DNA from: Fidelibacterota bacterium
GTDB taxonomy: Bacteria; Fidelibacterota; Marinisomatia; Marinisomatales; Marinisomataceae
DNA length: 64,000 nucleotides
Direction: 5' to 3'
Assembly (NCBI GenBank): GCA_965212055.1
Contig: OZ243041.1
Location: 576,001 to 640,000, forward strand
Part shown: positions 1 to 9,012 of the stretch, piece by piece
How the letters are laid out: every line of letters starts with the position of its first letter
How positions within the stretch are numbered: position 1 is the stretch's first letter
Notes under the pieces: model-generated
Database searches by the model: none
The model's input: only the letters and a program-made list of their open reading frames with translations
What the model was told of the DNA's origin: nothing
Program-made: the position numbers and the translations under genes

Positions 1-767
1 TACGATTGTGCTGCCATTCCTTGAATAGCAATACCAGGCGTCTCAATTAATTTTTCATATTCTGCCGCACCAGGCATCCCTGCAAGAATTCCTTTTAGTT
101 GGCCACTTTGTACATAAGGCATCACTTCATTCACTTGAATAGAAGTTGTACCAGATGAAAGAGGAACACCTGTTGGATCTGCTCCATATTGTACCCATTC
201 AAAAGTACCAGGATATCCTGCAGAACCTGTAAATATAAATTGGAAATCGTTTAGATTATTTATTCCTTCCATCATTGGAATTTCACTTATTGGATTTTGC
301 GCTGCATCAACGGTAAATACTTTACGTAAATCGCTTGCTAGACCTTTTACAATTGCTTCGTTTCCAGGTCTAAATCCTAGCAAAACATAATCTTCATGTT
401 CAACTAAATCGTATTCTTCATTAATTGTTTTTAAAGCATCTTTTGCCATATATAATCCATCGGGCCACAAACAAGTTATATAGATTTTATGTCCACGATC
501 TTGACTAAGAATATGGCGCATAACACCTAATGTCATTGGATGAATCTCTGGTCTAGTACTAGGTCCATAATCAAATGAAATTAAAACATTAGAATTATTA
601 GGAATACTATCAACAGCATCATAAACTCTTTGAGAAGATGGGGTTGGTCGTATTGCAAGATCAACAGGGCTCAACAGTGGAACAAGTACTGCTAATCCAA
701 TTAATACAAAGATTACTCTCCTATCAACTGATCCAAACTTTACGATAATATCTTCAAGAAACCTCAT
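1..767 (-). CDS. Membrane-anchored hypothetical protein, probable distant DUF6754 relative (3' end runs off the window)
   Basis: Not in ORF track; translated by hand from the ATG at 767 (ATGA overlap with upstream stop): MRFLEDIIVKFGSVDRRVIFVLIGLAVLVPLL...VLISFDYGPSTRPEIHP...SGQLKGILAGMPGAAEYE...GMAAQS, open to the window edge. Confidence 0.8.
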   Translation of the reverse strand, partial: MRFLEDIIVKFGSVDRRVIFVLIGLAVLVPLLSPVDLAIRPTPSSQRVYDAVDSIPNNSNVLISFDYGPSTRPEIHPMTLGVMRHILSQDRGHKIYITCLWPDGLYMAKDALKTINEEYDLVEHEDYVLLGFRPGNEAIVKGLASDLRKVFTVDAAQNPISEIPMMEGINNLNDFQFIFTGSAGYPGTFEWVQYGADPTGVPLSSGTTSIQVNEVMPYVQSGQLKGILAGMPGAAEYEKLIETPGIAIQGMAAQS

Positions 768-1780
768 TGATCACCTATATATGATTTTTCCAATCCAAAT
801 ATATATCTCAGACTGGTTACAATAATCCCTAATCCAATACCAATCATAATAGCTCGTGCTCCAGCTAAATTAGGTACTGTATAAATCCATTCCTGTAAAG
901 CAGGTAGATAAAATATTGATGGTTGATTTATTGGCCAACCTGTAAACCAACTTCCAAGAACTTCAAAACCTGAAGTTATTCCGCCTGTAGTAAATGCCAA
1001 AAATATATCTACTACTGTTGTCGAATCTAAGTATAAGAACAAAGCTGTCACTCCTAATAAACCTAAAGCAACTACGATGAAAACAAGCTGACGGCTTTTA
1101 AAATATGTATTGACTACTATTCCAAGAACTAGAACCAGTAAGTACATAATAATCCAACTCGGAATAAGACTTCCTAGTGGAACTCTTCCAATCATAATAA
1201 TAATACCAGCTAATAAAAGTAGTGTTGCTTCGAAATTTCTTGCCCTAAACGCACGATACGATGCTGACGCAACATAGAATGCTAATAGAGCAAACATAGT
1301 TGCTGAAAGAGGTGTAAAGATGTTATCAAACATCCATTTAAATAACCCTCCTTCTGTTTGTATATGGGCTCCCCATTGTGCAGGTGTAATACTTGCAGTA
1401 ACACCTGAATCTTTTAACTGATTAACCGCTTCTTCTGCCGCCCCTTGTGTAAAGTATGTACTCTGCACATCGGCATTAGGAATATCAACCACAAAAGCAC
1501 CTCTCATAAAAAATCCTATAACAAAAACAGCAAAGAAAGAAACAATTGCAACAACACTATATTCCCAACCTGATTGTTGTTTAAGAACTTTTAAAAATTG
1601 TAGTTTTAATAAATTTAATGCTCCAAGAAAAATCGCAAAACTGGCAATAATATCATACCATTGAGTTGCATCGTCATCAATAAAAGCTTTGATACCTTCG
1701 CTCTCAATGAACCAGCCAAATAGAGTGAGAGATCCGAAAAATCCTACAATAGCAATTGGTATATATCTTTTCCAAATCAT
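764..1780 (-). CDS. Polytopic membrane protein of unknown function
   Basis: Many hydrophobic segments; motifs PLSATMFALLAFYVASASYRAFRAR and PNLAGARAIMIGIGLG; likely start MIWKR at 1780 (ATGA overlap). Confidence 0.8.
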   Translation of the reverse strand: MIWKRYIPIAIVGFFGSLTLFGWFIESEGIKAFIDDDATQWYDIIASFAIFLGALNLLKLQFLKVLKQQSGWEYSVVAIVSFFAVFVIGFFMRGAFVVDIPNADVQSTYFTQGAAEEAVNQLKDSGVTASITPAQWGAHIQTEGGLFKWMFDNIFTPLSATMFALLAFYVASASYRAFRARNFEATLLLLAGIIIMIGRVPLGSLIPSWIIMYLLVLVLGIVVNTYFKSRQLVFIVVALGLLGVTALFLYLDSTTVVDIFLAFTTGGITSGFEVLGSWFTGWPINQPSIFYLPALQEWIYTVPNLAGARAIMIGIGLGIIVTSLRYIFGLEKSYIGDQ

Positions 1781-2739
1781 GATACTATCCAATCATATCC
1801 AGAATATAGAAAAGTTTCTAAAGCTGGTAAAACTTGTAATTTCTCAAAAACAAACGGAATAATATTAAGATCAAATAAGGCACGCATTACCAAACAAACA
1901 ACGATTAGTCCAATTAACATCAGCTTAACCGTATCTTGTGTTGTAACTCCACCAATTAATTCAGGTTTTCTAGAAAGGTAAGCACTTGCTGCAAAGTATT
2001 CTTCTCCCATTAAAGTATAGTCACAAGCTGTAACAAAGAAAGGAATTTGTGCTTGAGATGCTGTTCCAGCAATCTGAATTGCACCAATTCCATTTCCTGT
2101 TTCCGCAAATAGAAGTGATTCTGCGTAAAACTTACCCATATACATACATGCAGCAGGTTTGTCTCTTTGCATTATACCATTTACCCCAGCTGCATAAGCA
2201 AATTGATCATCGGTAATATAATGAACCATATCTTCATTAAACATTTCTGGTCGCCCTTGGCTAAGATATGCTTCTTTACAAGACTCTCTTGCTGCCTGCA
2301 TTACAATAGATCTTGCAACAGGCACATCAAGACCAGTCTCATATTGCGCAGTCATCTGTGCAACATGTCCTAAAATAATAACACCAGCAACTGTTTCAAC
2401 TTCGTTCATATCCATAATGCCTGGAACATAAAGAATTGGCCTACCCATTTCGGTAGAACGACCTACAGCTTCTTCAACAGCTTTTAACCCAGGAATTGTA
2501 CGTAAAAAAATTGAATCAGAATCTTTTCTTGCGTTTCGAATTTCATTAAGCAATACCATGATAACGGTAAGTAAAACAACAAACAGAAAGGCTCTATCTG
2601 AATTAAAAATTGATTCAACTGTAATATCCCAACGATGTAGTATAAAATTTAAAGCAACATGATAATTTGACAAGACATAGGTAAAAACGATAATTACTAA
2701 AATACCTATTCCATATTTTACACCACGTTGGTTACCCAT
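1777..2739 (-). CDS. DUF6754-like membrane-anchored protein
   Basis: N-terminal TMs, then IPGLKAVEEAVGRSTEMGRPILY...QIPFFVTACDYTLMGEEYFAASAYLS, C-terminal TM; family recognised from memory. Confidence 0.7.
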   Translation of the reverse strand: MGNQRGVKYGIGILVIIVFTYVLSNYHVALNFILHRWDITVESIFNSDRAFLFVVLLTVIMVLLNEIRNARKDSDSIFLRTIPGLKAVEEAVGRSTEMGRPILYVPGIMDMNEVETVAGVIILGHVAQMTAQYETGLDVPVARSIVMQAARESCKEAYLSQGRPEMFNEDMVHYITDDQFAYAAGVNGIMQRDKPAACMYMGKFYAESLLFAETGNGIGAIQIAGTASQAQIPFFVTACDYTLMGEEYFAASAYLSRKPELIGGVTTQDTVKLMLIGLIVVCLVMRALFDLNIIPFVFEKLQVLPALETFLYSGYDWIVS

Positions 2740-3004
2740 TTTTACCTAATCTTTCCAATTCAGAGATTAAAAATTCTACGCTGACGTTGCTTTCAAATAA
2801 TTCTGCAGCCCTATAATAACCATCTGTTTTGACAAATGCACTAACTATTGGGCCAAAAAATACCATAGTTTGGCTACCAATAAAATTTAATGGTTTTACC
2901 ATCTCAAAAAAGAAAATAGCAGGAGTAACCAATTTGAATTCTATAATTTTTTTAGCAATTCCTGTTAAAAAGTTTTTATCATCTATTGTTAAATTTTGAA
3001 TCAT
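2732..3004 (-). CDS. Small hypothetical protein
   Basis: 90 aa, PAIFFFEMVKPLNFIGSQ motif; overlaps both neighbours. Confidence 0.75.
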   Translation of the reverse strand: MIQNLTIDDKNFLTGIAKKIIEFKLVTPAIFFFEMVKPLNFIGSQTMVFFGPIVSAFVKTDGYYRAAELFESNVSVEFLISELERLGKNG

Positions 3005-4122
3005 TGTAATTCAACCATCTCTAAGTTAGCCCTTGGAATCAAGAAATTTTTACCATCAATTTTAATTTCTGCTACTCTCACCATTGTTTCAGATTCCATC
3101 TTATGTAATTTGGCTGGTAGAGAAGTAACTGTACCAATTTTTCCAAAATTTGGTGAACGGATTACTCTCACGATACTTCCCTCTTGAATTCCTTCTTGTA
3201 CATTTGAAGATGAATCTTCACTATCTTCATCTTTAAGTGGAATAACAATTTCTGGACGGATTACGCCAGCTCTTATTTGTGTTGCTCCATTGATGGAAGC
3301 ATCACTTCCATTATGTGATTTTAGCAAATCAAATGTTGCCTTACTCATTGGAATTGATCCATATCCTTCAGTAACAATAAGTGCCGTTTCTAATTTTTCA
3401 GTTCCAGTGATTGCAACACCCAAATTATATCCTAATACTTCCTTTAAATCATAATAATTAAACCCTCCAACAACTATCCCAGCAACATTACATGACATTG
3501 CTTTTTTATATGCATCTAAGCTTAAAAATGATCCTCCGATTAAAATCTTTCCAGCCATATCATTTGTAATTTTTTCTGCCGTTAATTCTTCAGACGGATC
3601 TTGAGAAACCAGTTGTAATGCCCCTTGTTTTTCTCCTGCAATACCAAAAATACCTTGGATAAAAGAAGCACTAGAAGTTACCACAATTCCTTCATTTTGG
3701 ATTACTTCTCCTACTTTACCGCGGACATAAGCATCTACTTCTACTGGAATTGGTGCTTCACGTAACACAACTCGCCCTGTACTATCTGAAATAGACTCAA
3801 CAGTACCATCCACTGGAGATTCAAGAGATGATTTGAACATGCCTAACAACCCTGCTGTTTCAGCAATTTTTTCACCTTTTTTAACACTATCTCCTTCTTT
3901 GACAATCAAACAATCTTTCACATCTCTTGGTTCAATATTGAGGATATTATTTACTTTTAACATTTGGACATTCCCTGGAAGAGAAGTTGACGCTACTATC
4001 GTTTCTGGAGATAATTTATCCCCTTGCTTTACTAAAACTTTTCCCTTCAGTGGCAAAATTCTTTCTTTTCTAAATAATGTCTTTTTTAAAACCTTTAATC
4101 CTGGAGTATACGAATGTGCCAT
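3001..4122 (-). CDS. Hypothetical protein with barrel-sandwich hybrid (biotinyl/lipoyl-like) repeats and a C-terminal KOW-like motif
   Basis: VLVKQGDKL, LIVKEGDSVKKGEKIA..SPVDGTVESI repeats; C-terminal GSIVRVIRSPNFGKIGTV. Confidence 0.7.
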   Translation of the reverse strand: MAHSYTPGLKVLKKTLFRKERILPLKGKVLVKQGDKLSPETIVASTSLPGNVQMLKVNNILNIEPRDVKDCLIVKEGDSVKKGEKIAETAGLLGMFKSSLESPVDGTVESISDSTGRVVLREAPIPVEVDAYVRGKVGEVIQNEGIVVTSSASFIQGIFGIAGEKQGALQLVSQDPSEELTAEKITNDMAGKILIGGSFLSLDAYKKAMSCNVAGIVVGGFNYYDLKEVLGYNLGVAITGTEKLETALIVTEGYGSIPMSKATFDLLKSHNGSDASINGATQIRAGVIRPEIVIPLKDEDSEDSSSNVQEGIQEGSIVRVIRSPNFGKIGTVTSLPAKLHKMESETMVRVAEIKIDGKNFLIPRANLEMVELQ

Positions 4123-5948
4123 TAGAACAAATCTCCTTTAGGATATTCATTAACCGCATCAGACCAATTAAGTAAATTTTGGATACGCTCTGAAGAATCC
4201 TTCGGTAGGTTAATTGGTCGATTTCTACCATCAAAGATTAATCCAACAATCCCTCCATAAATTGTGGAACTTAATGGCTCCCCTTTTCCAGCTCCTACAT
4301 CAATTCCCCTTGAAGGTTGTATGTCAATCTTTACCGGCTCGTAAGGAACTTCCAGCATTTCTAAAGACCCTTCATTGATATTAATTTTCTTTGTTGAACC
4401 ATCTTCAAAACTCAAAGATACTTGGGCCATTTGAGACCTTGGTTTTGCCTTACCTATTGGTGCAATACATGTCCCTAATCTAATTAAACAATCGTTATCA
4501 AAAACTTCTAAAGCTGCTTGACTCGCGTCCTCTTTCAATTCTTTGCTATCGATATTGGCTAAAACTCCTAATTGAGGCATCATAAAAATTGAGTCTACCG
4601 CTATCTGTGTAATTCCTTCTGGCATAAATGCATCAATAAGCATTCTAGCAGATTGTTGTCTACGAGGAGCATGAGACAAAACCCCTCCGGATCCTACTAA
4701 TAAATCTAATTCCATCATGTTTACAAGAGATTGTCCACTAGATGATTGTTCAAAAGCATCAGAAATTGTTCTTTCTGATTGAACGCCTTTAAGGCTCGTA
4801 GCGAATGATTTATGCTGAATAAATGACAGCCTTAAAGCTTCTCTTGCAATTGCTTGTTCCACTACCAACTCTTCTAACGATTGAGGAACAGTGGTTGGAC
4901 GAATCATCTTATTTCCAATACGATTTGTCAAATTGCTATGATCGATATCAAAAGGAACCCATCTTAAGACATTATCCAGACCAGATTCAGCCAATACATT
5001 ACAAATTGAATAACTCATCCCAAGATTAGCGCTTACAGTACGATTAAACTTTCCTTCAAACACTGAAAAAATATCTGTTGTTGCTCCACCAATATCAACG
5101 CCCACTACAGAAATATTCTCTTTCTTTGCAATCATTTCAATTAAAGAACCAACTGCTCCAGGGGTTGGCATAATTGGAGCATCTGTCCAAGACATTAATT
5201 TTTTATATCCTGGTGCTTGTGCCATCACATGCTCCATAAATAAATCATGAATTTTATCTCGAGAAGGTTCCAAATTTTCTTGTTCAAGAACTGGACGAAT
5301 ATTTTCCACAATATCTAAATCTGATATCTCACCCAATGTTTTTTGAATATTATCATGTGCTTTGTTGTTGCCAGCATAAATCACAGGCAGTTTATAATTC
5401 TGACCAAGTCTAGGTCTAGGATTAGCAGCTGCTAATATTTCTGCTAATTCCATCACATGTGTTGTTGTTCCTCCGTCTGTACCACCTGATAATAAAATCA
5501 TATCAGGTCTTAGTTGGCGAATTCTAGTAATTTTTTCATGAGGTAATCGACCATCATTGGATGCCAACACATCCATCACAATTGATCCAGCTCCTAAAGC
5601 AGCACGTTCTGCGCTTTCACCAGACATAGATTTTACCACTCCAGCTACCATCATTTGTAATCCACCGCCTGCGGAACTTGTGGACACATAAATATCAACC
5701 CCTTTTTTTCCATTATCAGGAGTAATAATTTTATCTCCATCAAGAATTGTTCTTCCAGATAATTCTTCTACTTCCATTACAGCATTCAAAACACCCTTGG
5801 TAACATCTTCGAAAGGGGCTTCTACAGTCGTGGGGGCTTCTCCTCTAAATGTTAGACGATAACGATTGTCTTTCCATTCAATTAAAATTGCTTTTGTGGT
5901 TGTACTACCACAATCTGTTGCTAATATAGATTTAATCTTTTTACTCAT
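4122..5948 (-). CDS. GlmL/MutL-like (glutamate mutase L family) ASKHA ATPase with C-terminal extension
   Basis: ASKHA motifs ATDCGSTTTK, SSAGGGL, ILLSGGTDGG, VDIGGATTD, RTVSANLG, LVGSGGVL. Confidence 0.8.
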   Translation of the reverse strand: MSKKIKSILATDCGSTTTKAILIEWKDNRYRLTFRGEAPTTVEAPFEDVTKGVLNAVMEVEELSGRTILDGDKIITPDNGKKGVDIYVSTSSAGGGLQMMVAGVVKSMSGESAERAALGAGSIVMDVLASNDGRLPHEKITRIRQLRPDMILLSGGTDGGTTTHVMELAEILAAANPRPRLGQNYKLPVIYAGNNKAHDNIQKTLGEISDLDIVENIRPVLEQENLEPSRDKIHDLFMEHVMAQAPGYKKLMSWTDAPIMPTPGAVGSLIEMIAKKENISVVGVDIGGATTDIFSVFEGKFNRTVSANLGMSYSICNVLAESGLDNVLRWVPFDIDHSNLTNRIGNKMIRPTTVPQSLEELVVEQAIAREALRLSFIQHKSFATSLKGVQSERTISDAFEQSSSGQSLVNMMELDLLVGSGGVLSHAPRRQQSARMLIDAFMPEGITQIAVDSIFMMPQLGVLANIDSKELKEDASQAALEVFDNDCLIRLGTCIAPIGKAKPRSQMAQVSLSFEDGSTKKININEGSLEMLEVPYEPVKIDIQPSRGIDVGAGKGEPLSSTIYGGIVGLIFDGRNRPINLPKDSSERIQNLLNWSDAVNEYPKGDLF

Positions 5949-6595
5949 AACAAATATTGACCAATAACATATAACAATGTTGGCGGAGATGTCAATATTA
6001 AAGAATCAACTCTATCCAATGCACCACCATGTCCCATTAATAGATGAGATGAATCCTTTACATTCGCTTGTCGTTTTAAGAAAGATTCGAATAAATCGCC
6101 TAAAAATCCAACAATGCTGAAGATCAATACGAACATGCACTGGTCACCTATGCTAAGATCAAAAACAAAGCGATCAAATAGCAATATAAACGCTATGGAG
6201 GCTATCAAGCCACCGAATAGACCTGCGTAAGTTTTGTTTGGACTAATTGATGGGGCAATTTTCTTTCCACCAATCAAACTACCAAAGATGTATGCAAAGG
6301 TATCGTTTAATGTCACTCCACAGAACAACATAAGTGTAAAATAAGAATTCAACTCGTTATCGATGCTGCGCAAAACAAGCAAAGATGAAAGACCAACACA
6401 CACATAACAGATACCAAAAAAAGCCCAAAGAACAAAATTCCTATCTTTTGACCTCAAAGAAAGAAATTCGATGAAAGCCATTGTCATAAAAAATACTACA
6501 AAAATTTTGAAAGCCCACCCGCCAATTAAGACAATCCATATAGAGAGAGGAAGACCTATTAGATAAACGGGAAGTCTTGATTGAAGAGAACTCAT
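5945..6595 (-). CDS. cdsA: Phosphatidate cytidylyltransferase
   Basis: NDTFAY..G, SISPNKT, GDLFESFLKRQANVKDS...GHGGALDRVDS signature. Confidence 0.92.
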   Translation of the reverse strand: MSSLQSRLPVYLIGLPLSIWIVLIGGWAFKIFVVFFMTMAFIEFLSLRSKDRNFVLWAFFGICYVCVGLSSLLVLRSIDNELNSYFTLMLFCGVTLNDTFAYIFGSLIGGKKIAPSISPNKTYAGLFGGLIASIAFILLFDRFVFDLSIGDQCMFVLIFSIVGFLGDLFESFLKRQANVKDSSHLLMGHGGALDRVDSLILTSPPTLLYVIGQYLL

Positions 6596-6620
6596 ATTAG
6601 AAGCTAAGAATAGTTCCTAA

Positions 6621-7511
6621 TTATACCAAAAGCTTAATCGCTTTTGGAATTACTTCGGTGCTAATTTTACTACTTTTAACTAAATCTCCATCCAAATTAA
6701 ATAGAGATTCTCCCAAAGCATCAATTGTGAATGATTTTGCCTTCTCTATATGCACATATGGTAGCTGAACATGTTTTCCGCTAAACACCTTTGAAAATAA
6801 ATTAATCAATTGAAATCGATTTACATCATTTTTAACAATCAATATATCTATTACTCCGTCGAAAAATCCTCCATTTGGAGCTGCTTTCATGCCTTTCCCA
6901 GTATGCATACTATTGCATCCTACTATAAATGCACATGAAATATCAAATGTGGTGTTATTAATTGTCATTTTTGCATCATAAAATGATCGTTGCAACAACT
7001 TAATTATTGAGGCAACATCATAACGTATTGTCCCCAAAAATCTTAACTTTTCAGCCAGAAGATTCCCGTAAGAAAACATTCCCCATCCTATAATACTAAT
7101 ACTCAATCGTACTCCGTCATCAAAAATAACCTTATTTACATCCATTAATTGAATATTGTCCTCTAAAGCTCTATCTATTGCATCATGATAATCAAGACAA
7201 TCAATATCGTGCATCACTGAATTACCAGATCCGGTGGGAATAATACCAAGGGGAAAATGAGTCAATAAGTCTGCTTGATATAGTCCATTTACCGTCTCAT
7301 TCACTGTTCCATCCCCTCCAAAGACTAATACCCTATCAAATTCATTTGGTTTCAAGGTAGAAACATATTCGGTAGCATGACCAGCATAGCTTGTGGTAAA
7401 TAATTTAGGAGAGAATCCCGCATTTACTATCTTTTTCTCTACTTCATAGTATACTTTAAGTGATTTTTTTAACCCACTGACAGGGTTAACGATACAAAGA
7501 ATAGATTTCAT
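6621..7511 (-). CDS. Diacylglycerol/lipid kinase family protein (YegS/DagK-like)
   Basis: IVNPVSG, GGDGTVNE, IIPTGSGN, NLDGD motifs. Confidence 0.9.
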   Translation of the reverse strand: MKSILCIVNPVSGLKKSLKVYYEVEKKIVNAGFSPKLFTTSYAGHATEYVSTLKPNEFDRVLVFGGDGTVNETVNGLYQADLLTHFPLGIIPTGSGNSVMHDIDCLDYHDAIDRALEDNIQLMDVNKVIFDDGVRLSISIIGWGMFSYGNLLAEKLRFLGTIRYDVASIIKLLQRSFYDAKMTINNTTFDISCAFIVGCNSMHTGKGMKAAPNGGFFDGVIDILIVKNDVNRFQLINLFSKVFSGKHVQLPYVHIEKAKSFTIDALGESLFNLDGDLVKSSKISTEVIPKAIKLLV

Positions 7512-7513
7512 AA

Positions 7514-7958
7514 TTATTTATAATATTTATTATCACCAAGATTCAGTACATCAATACGAACCTTAGTTGTTCCTTGATTAACAAATCCTAGTTTTTGTGC
7601 AGCCCTATATGACAAATCTAATATGCGACCTTTTGCAAATGGTCCTCTATCGTTAATAATAACTTTCAGTGATCTTCCATTACTTAGATTGGTTACTCGT
7701 ATTCTTTGTGCCCAGAGGGAAAGTTTTGTGTGCAGCGCTAACCCTATACATATTAAATTTTTGTCCATTTGCTGTTAATTTTTTATGAAATTCTTTTCCA
7801 TAATACGAAGCAATCCCTATCTGAACCTTAGGATGGTTGCGTATTGCTTCAATTTGTTTCCGAGTCATTCCATCTGAATTAACATAATCACCATACGCAA
7901 TACTTGGACCACAGCTTGTCATCATAAGAGAGAATATTAATATTATTCTAAGACGCAT
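7514..7958 (-). CDS. rlpA: Septal ring lytic transglycosylase RlpA family lipoprotein, split by a +1 frameshift near 7700
   Basis: GIASYYG..TANG..SAAHKTFPLGT in one frame, IRVTNLSNG..INDRGPFAKGRILDLS in another; removing one A restores one ORF; lipobox MTSC. Confidence 0.85.
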
Positions 7959-9012
7959 AAGATAGTTTAATATTAATTTGGGGAATTTTAAATGGATCAT
8001 TTACTAACTGAGTTGCCATACCAACTAAGATTGCTCCTTTATCTTGTACAGCTTTTACTTGATTATAGTCCATGATTCCCCCTGTAGCAATTATTGGAAT
8101 TTTAGAATTATTATGCACTAATTCAACTCTCTTTAAAGTGTTTTCAAATAAAGCAATCCCACTTAATCCTCCACCTTCTTCTGAGAACTCATTAGCATTT
8201 AATCCAACCGATTGGGTTGATATATACTTTGTATTTCCTACATTGATAGCACATTTTTCAAAATGAGAGAGTAATTCACATATATTTAGAACTTCTTCAT
8301 CGCTACTATCAGGAGATACCTTGATAATCACTATATTTGAAGAGACAGATCGGATTGCTCTTATTAACGATGACAAATCTTCTAAATTGTCGCTTAAACA
8401 TTTTCCATCTTGTGTATTTGGACAACTTATATTTATCTCATAAAAAACTTTTTTAAAATCCAAAGAATGTACTTTGAGATGGATCTTATTAAAAACATCT
8501 AAATATTCGTCTAAACTATTACCTCCAATACTGATTCCTACAGGACGATTAAAAGACAATATTTGTTTATTATCAAAATTAGAAACAAAATGTTCTAAAC
8601 CTTTTGTTGGCAAACCCAACGAGTTAATTAATCCATAGTGTGAATTATATTGAATTTCCTGTATTCTAGGTCTTTTATTGCCCTCTGATGGAGCTTTTAG
8701 CACTGTTTTATATGTAATACCGCCTAAGCCTAATAATTGCCATTGAAATAATGCATCTATATCATCTTTAAAGGAAGCCGCAATTATTGGTGAAGGAAAC
8801 TCTAAATCAAATAATGATGCACTAATATTTTTAGGAATAGAGAATTTAAAAAGATTGCGTAGCGGAGAATGCATTAAACCACTATTTAATCTATCCCCAA
8901 TAATGATAGCTTGTTCTAAATCTCTAGGTCTTCGAGCACATAGATTAATTATTGTTCTTCTTATAAAACGATAATCTATTGATAATATCTTTGCTCTTGT
9001 ATTACTCAACAT
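7948..9012 (-). CDS. pyrD: Dihydroorotate dehydrogenase
   Basis: EGNKRPRI, NSLGL, EINISCPN, KVSPD, GGLSG, IIATGGI; probable start MLSNTR at 9012. Confidence 0.85.
   Translation of the reverse strand: MLSNTRAKILSIDYRFIRRTIINLCARRPRDLEQAIIIGDRLNSGLMHSPLRNLFKFSIPKNISASLFDLEFPSPIIAASFKDDIDALFQWQLLGLGGITYKTVLKAPSEGNKRPRIQEIQYNSHYGLINSLGLPTKGLEHFVSNFDNKQILSFNRPVGISIGGNSLDEYLDVFNKIHLKVHSLDFKKVFYEINISCPNTQDGKCLSDNLEDLSSLIRAIRSVSSNIVIIKVSPDSSDEEVLNICELLSHFEKCAINVGNTKYISTQSVGLNANEFSEEGGGLSGIALFENTLKRVELVHNNSKIPIIATGGIMDYNQVKAVQDKGAILVGMATQLVNDPFKIPQINIKLSYAS

Noticed and set aside
4122..5948. Calling this a glutamate mutase pathway or DNA-repair MutL
   Set aside because: No mutase subunits or B12-binding DxHxxG motif in view; the motifs are ASKHA type, not the GHKL type of repair MutL
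7514..8000. Two separate small genes
   Set aside because: They are halves of one RlpA domain joined by a single-base correction
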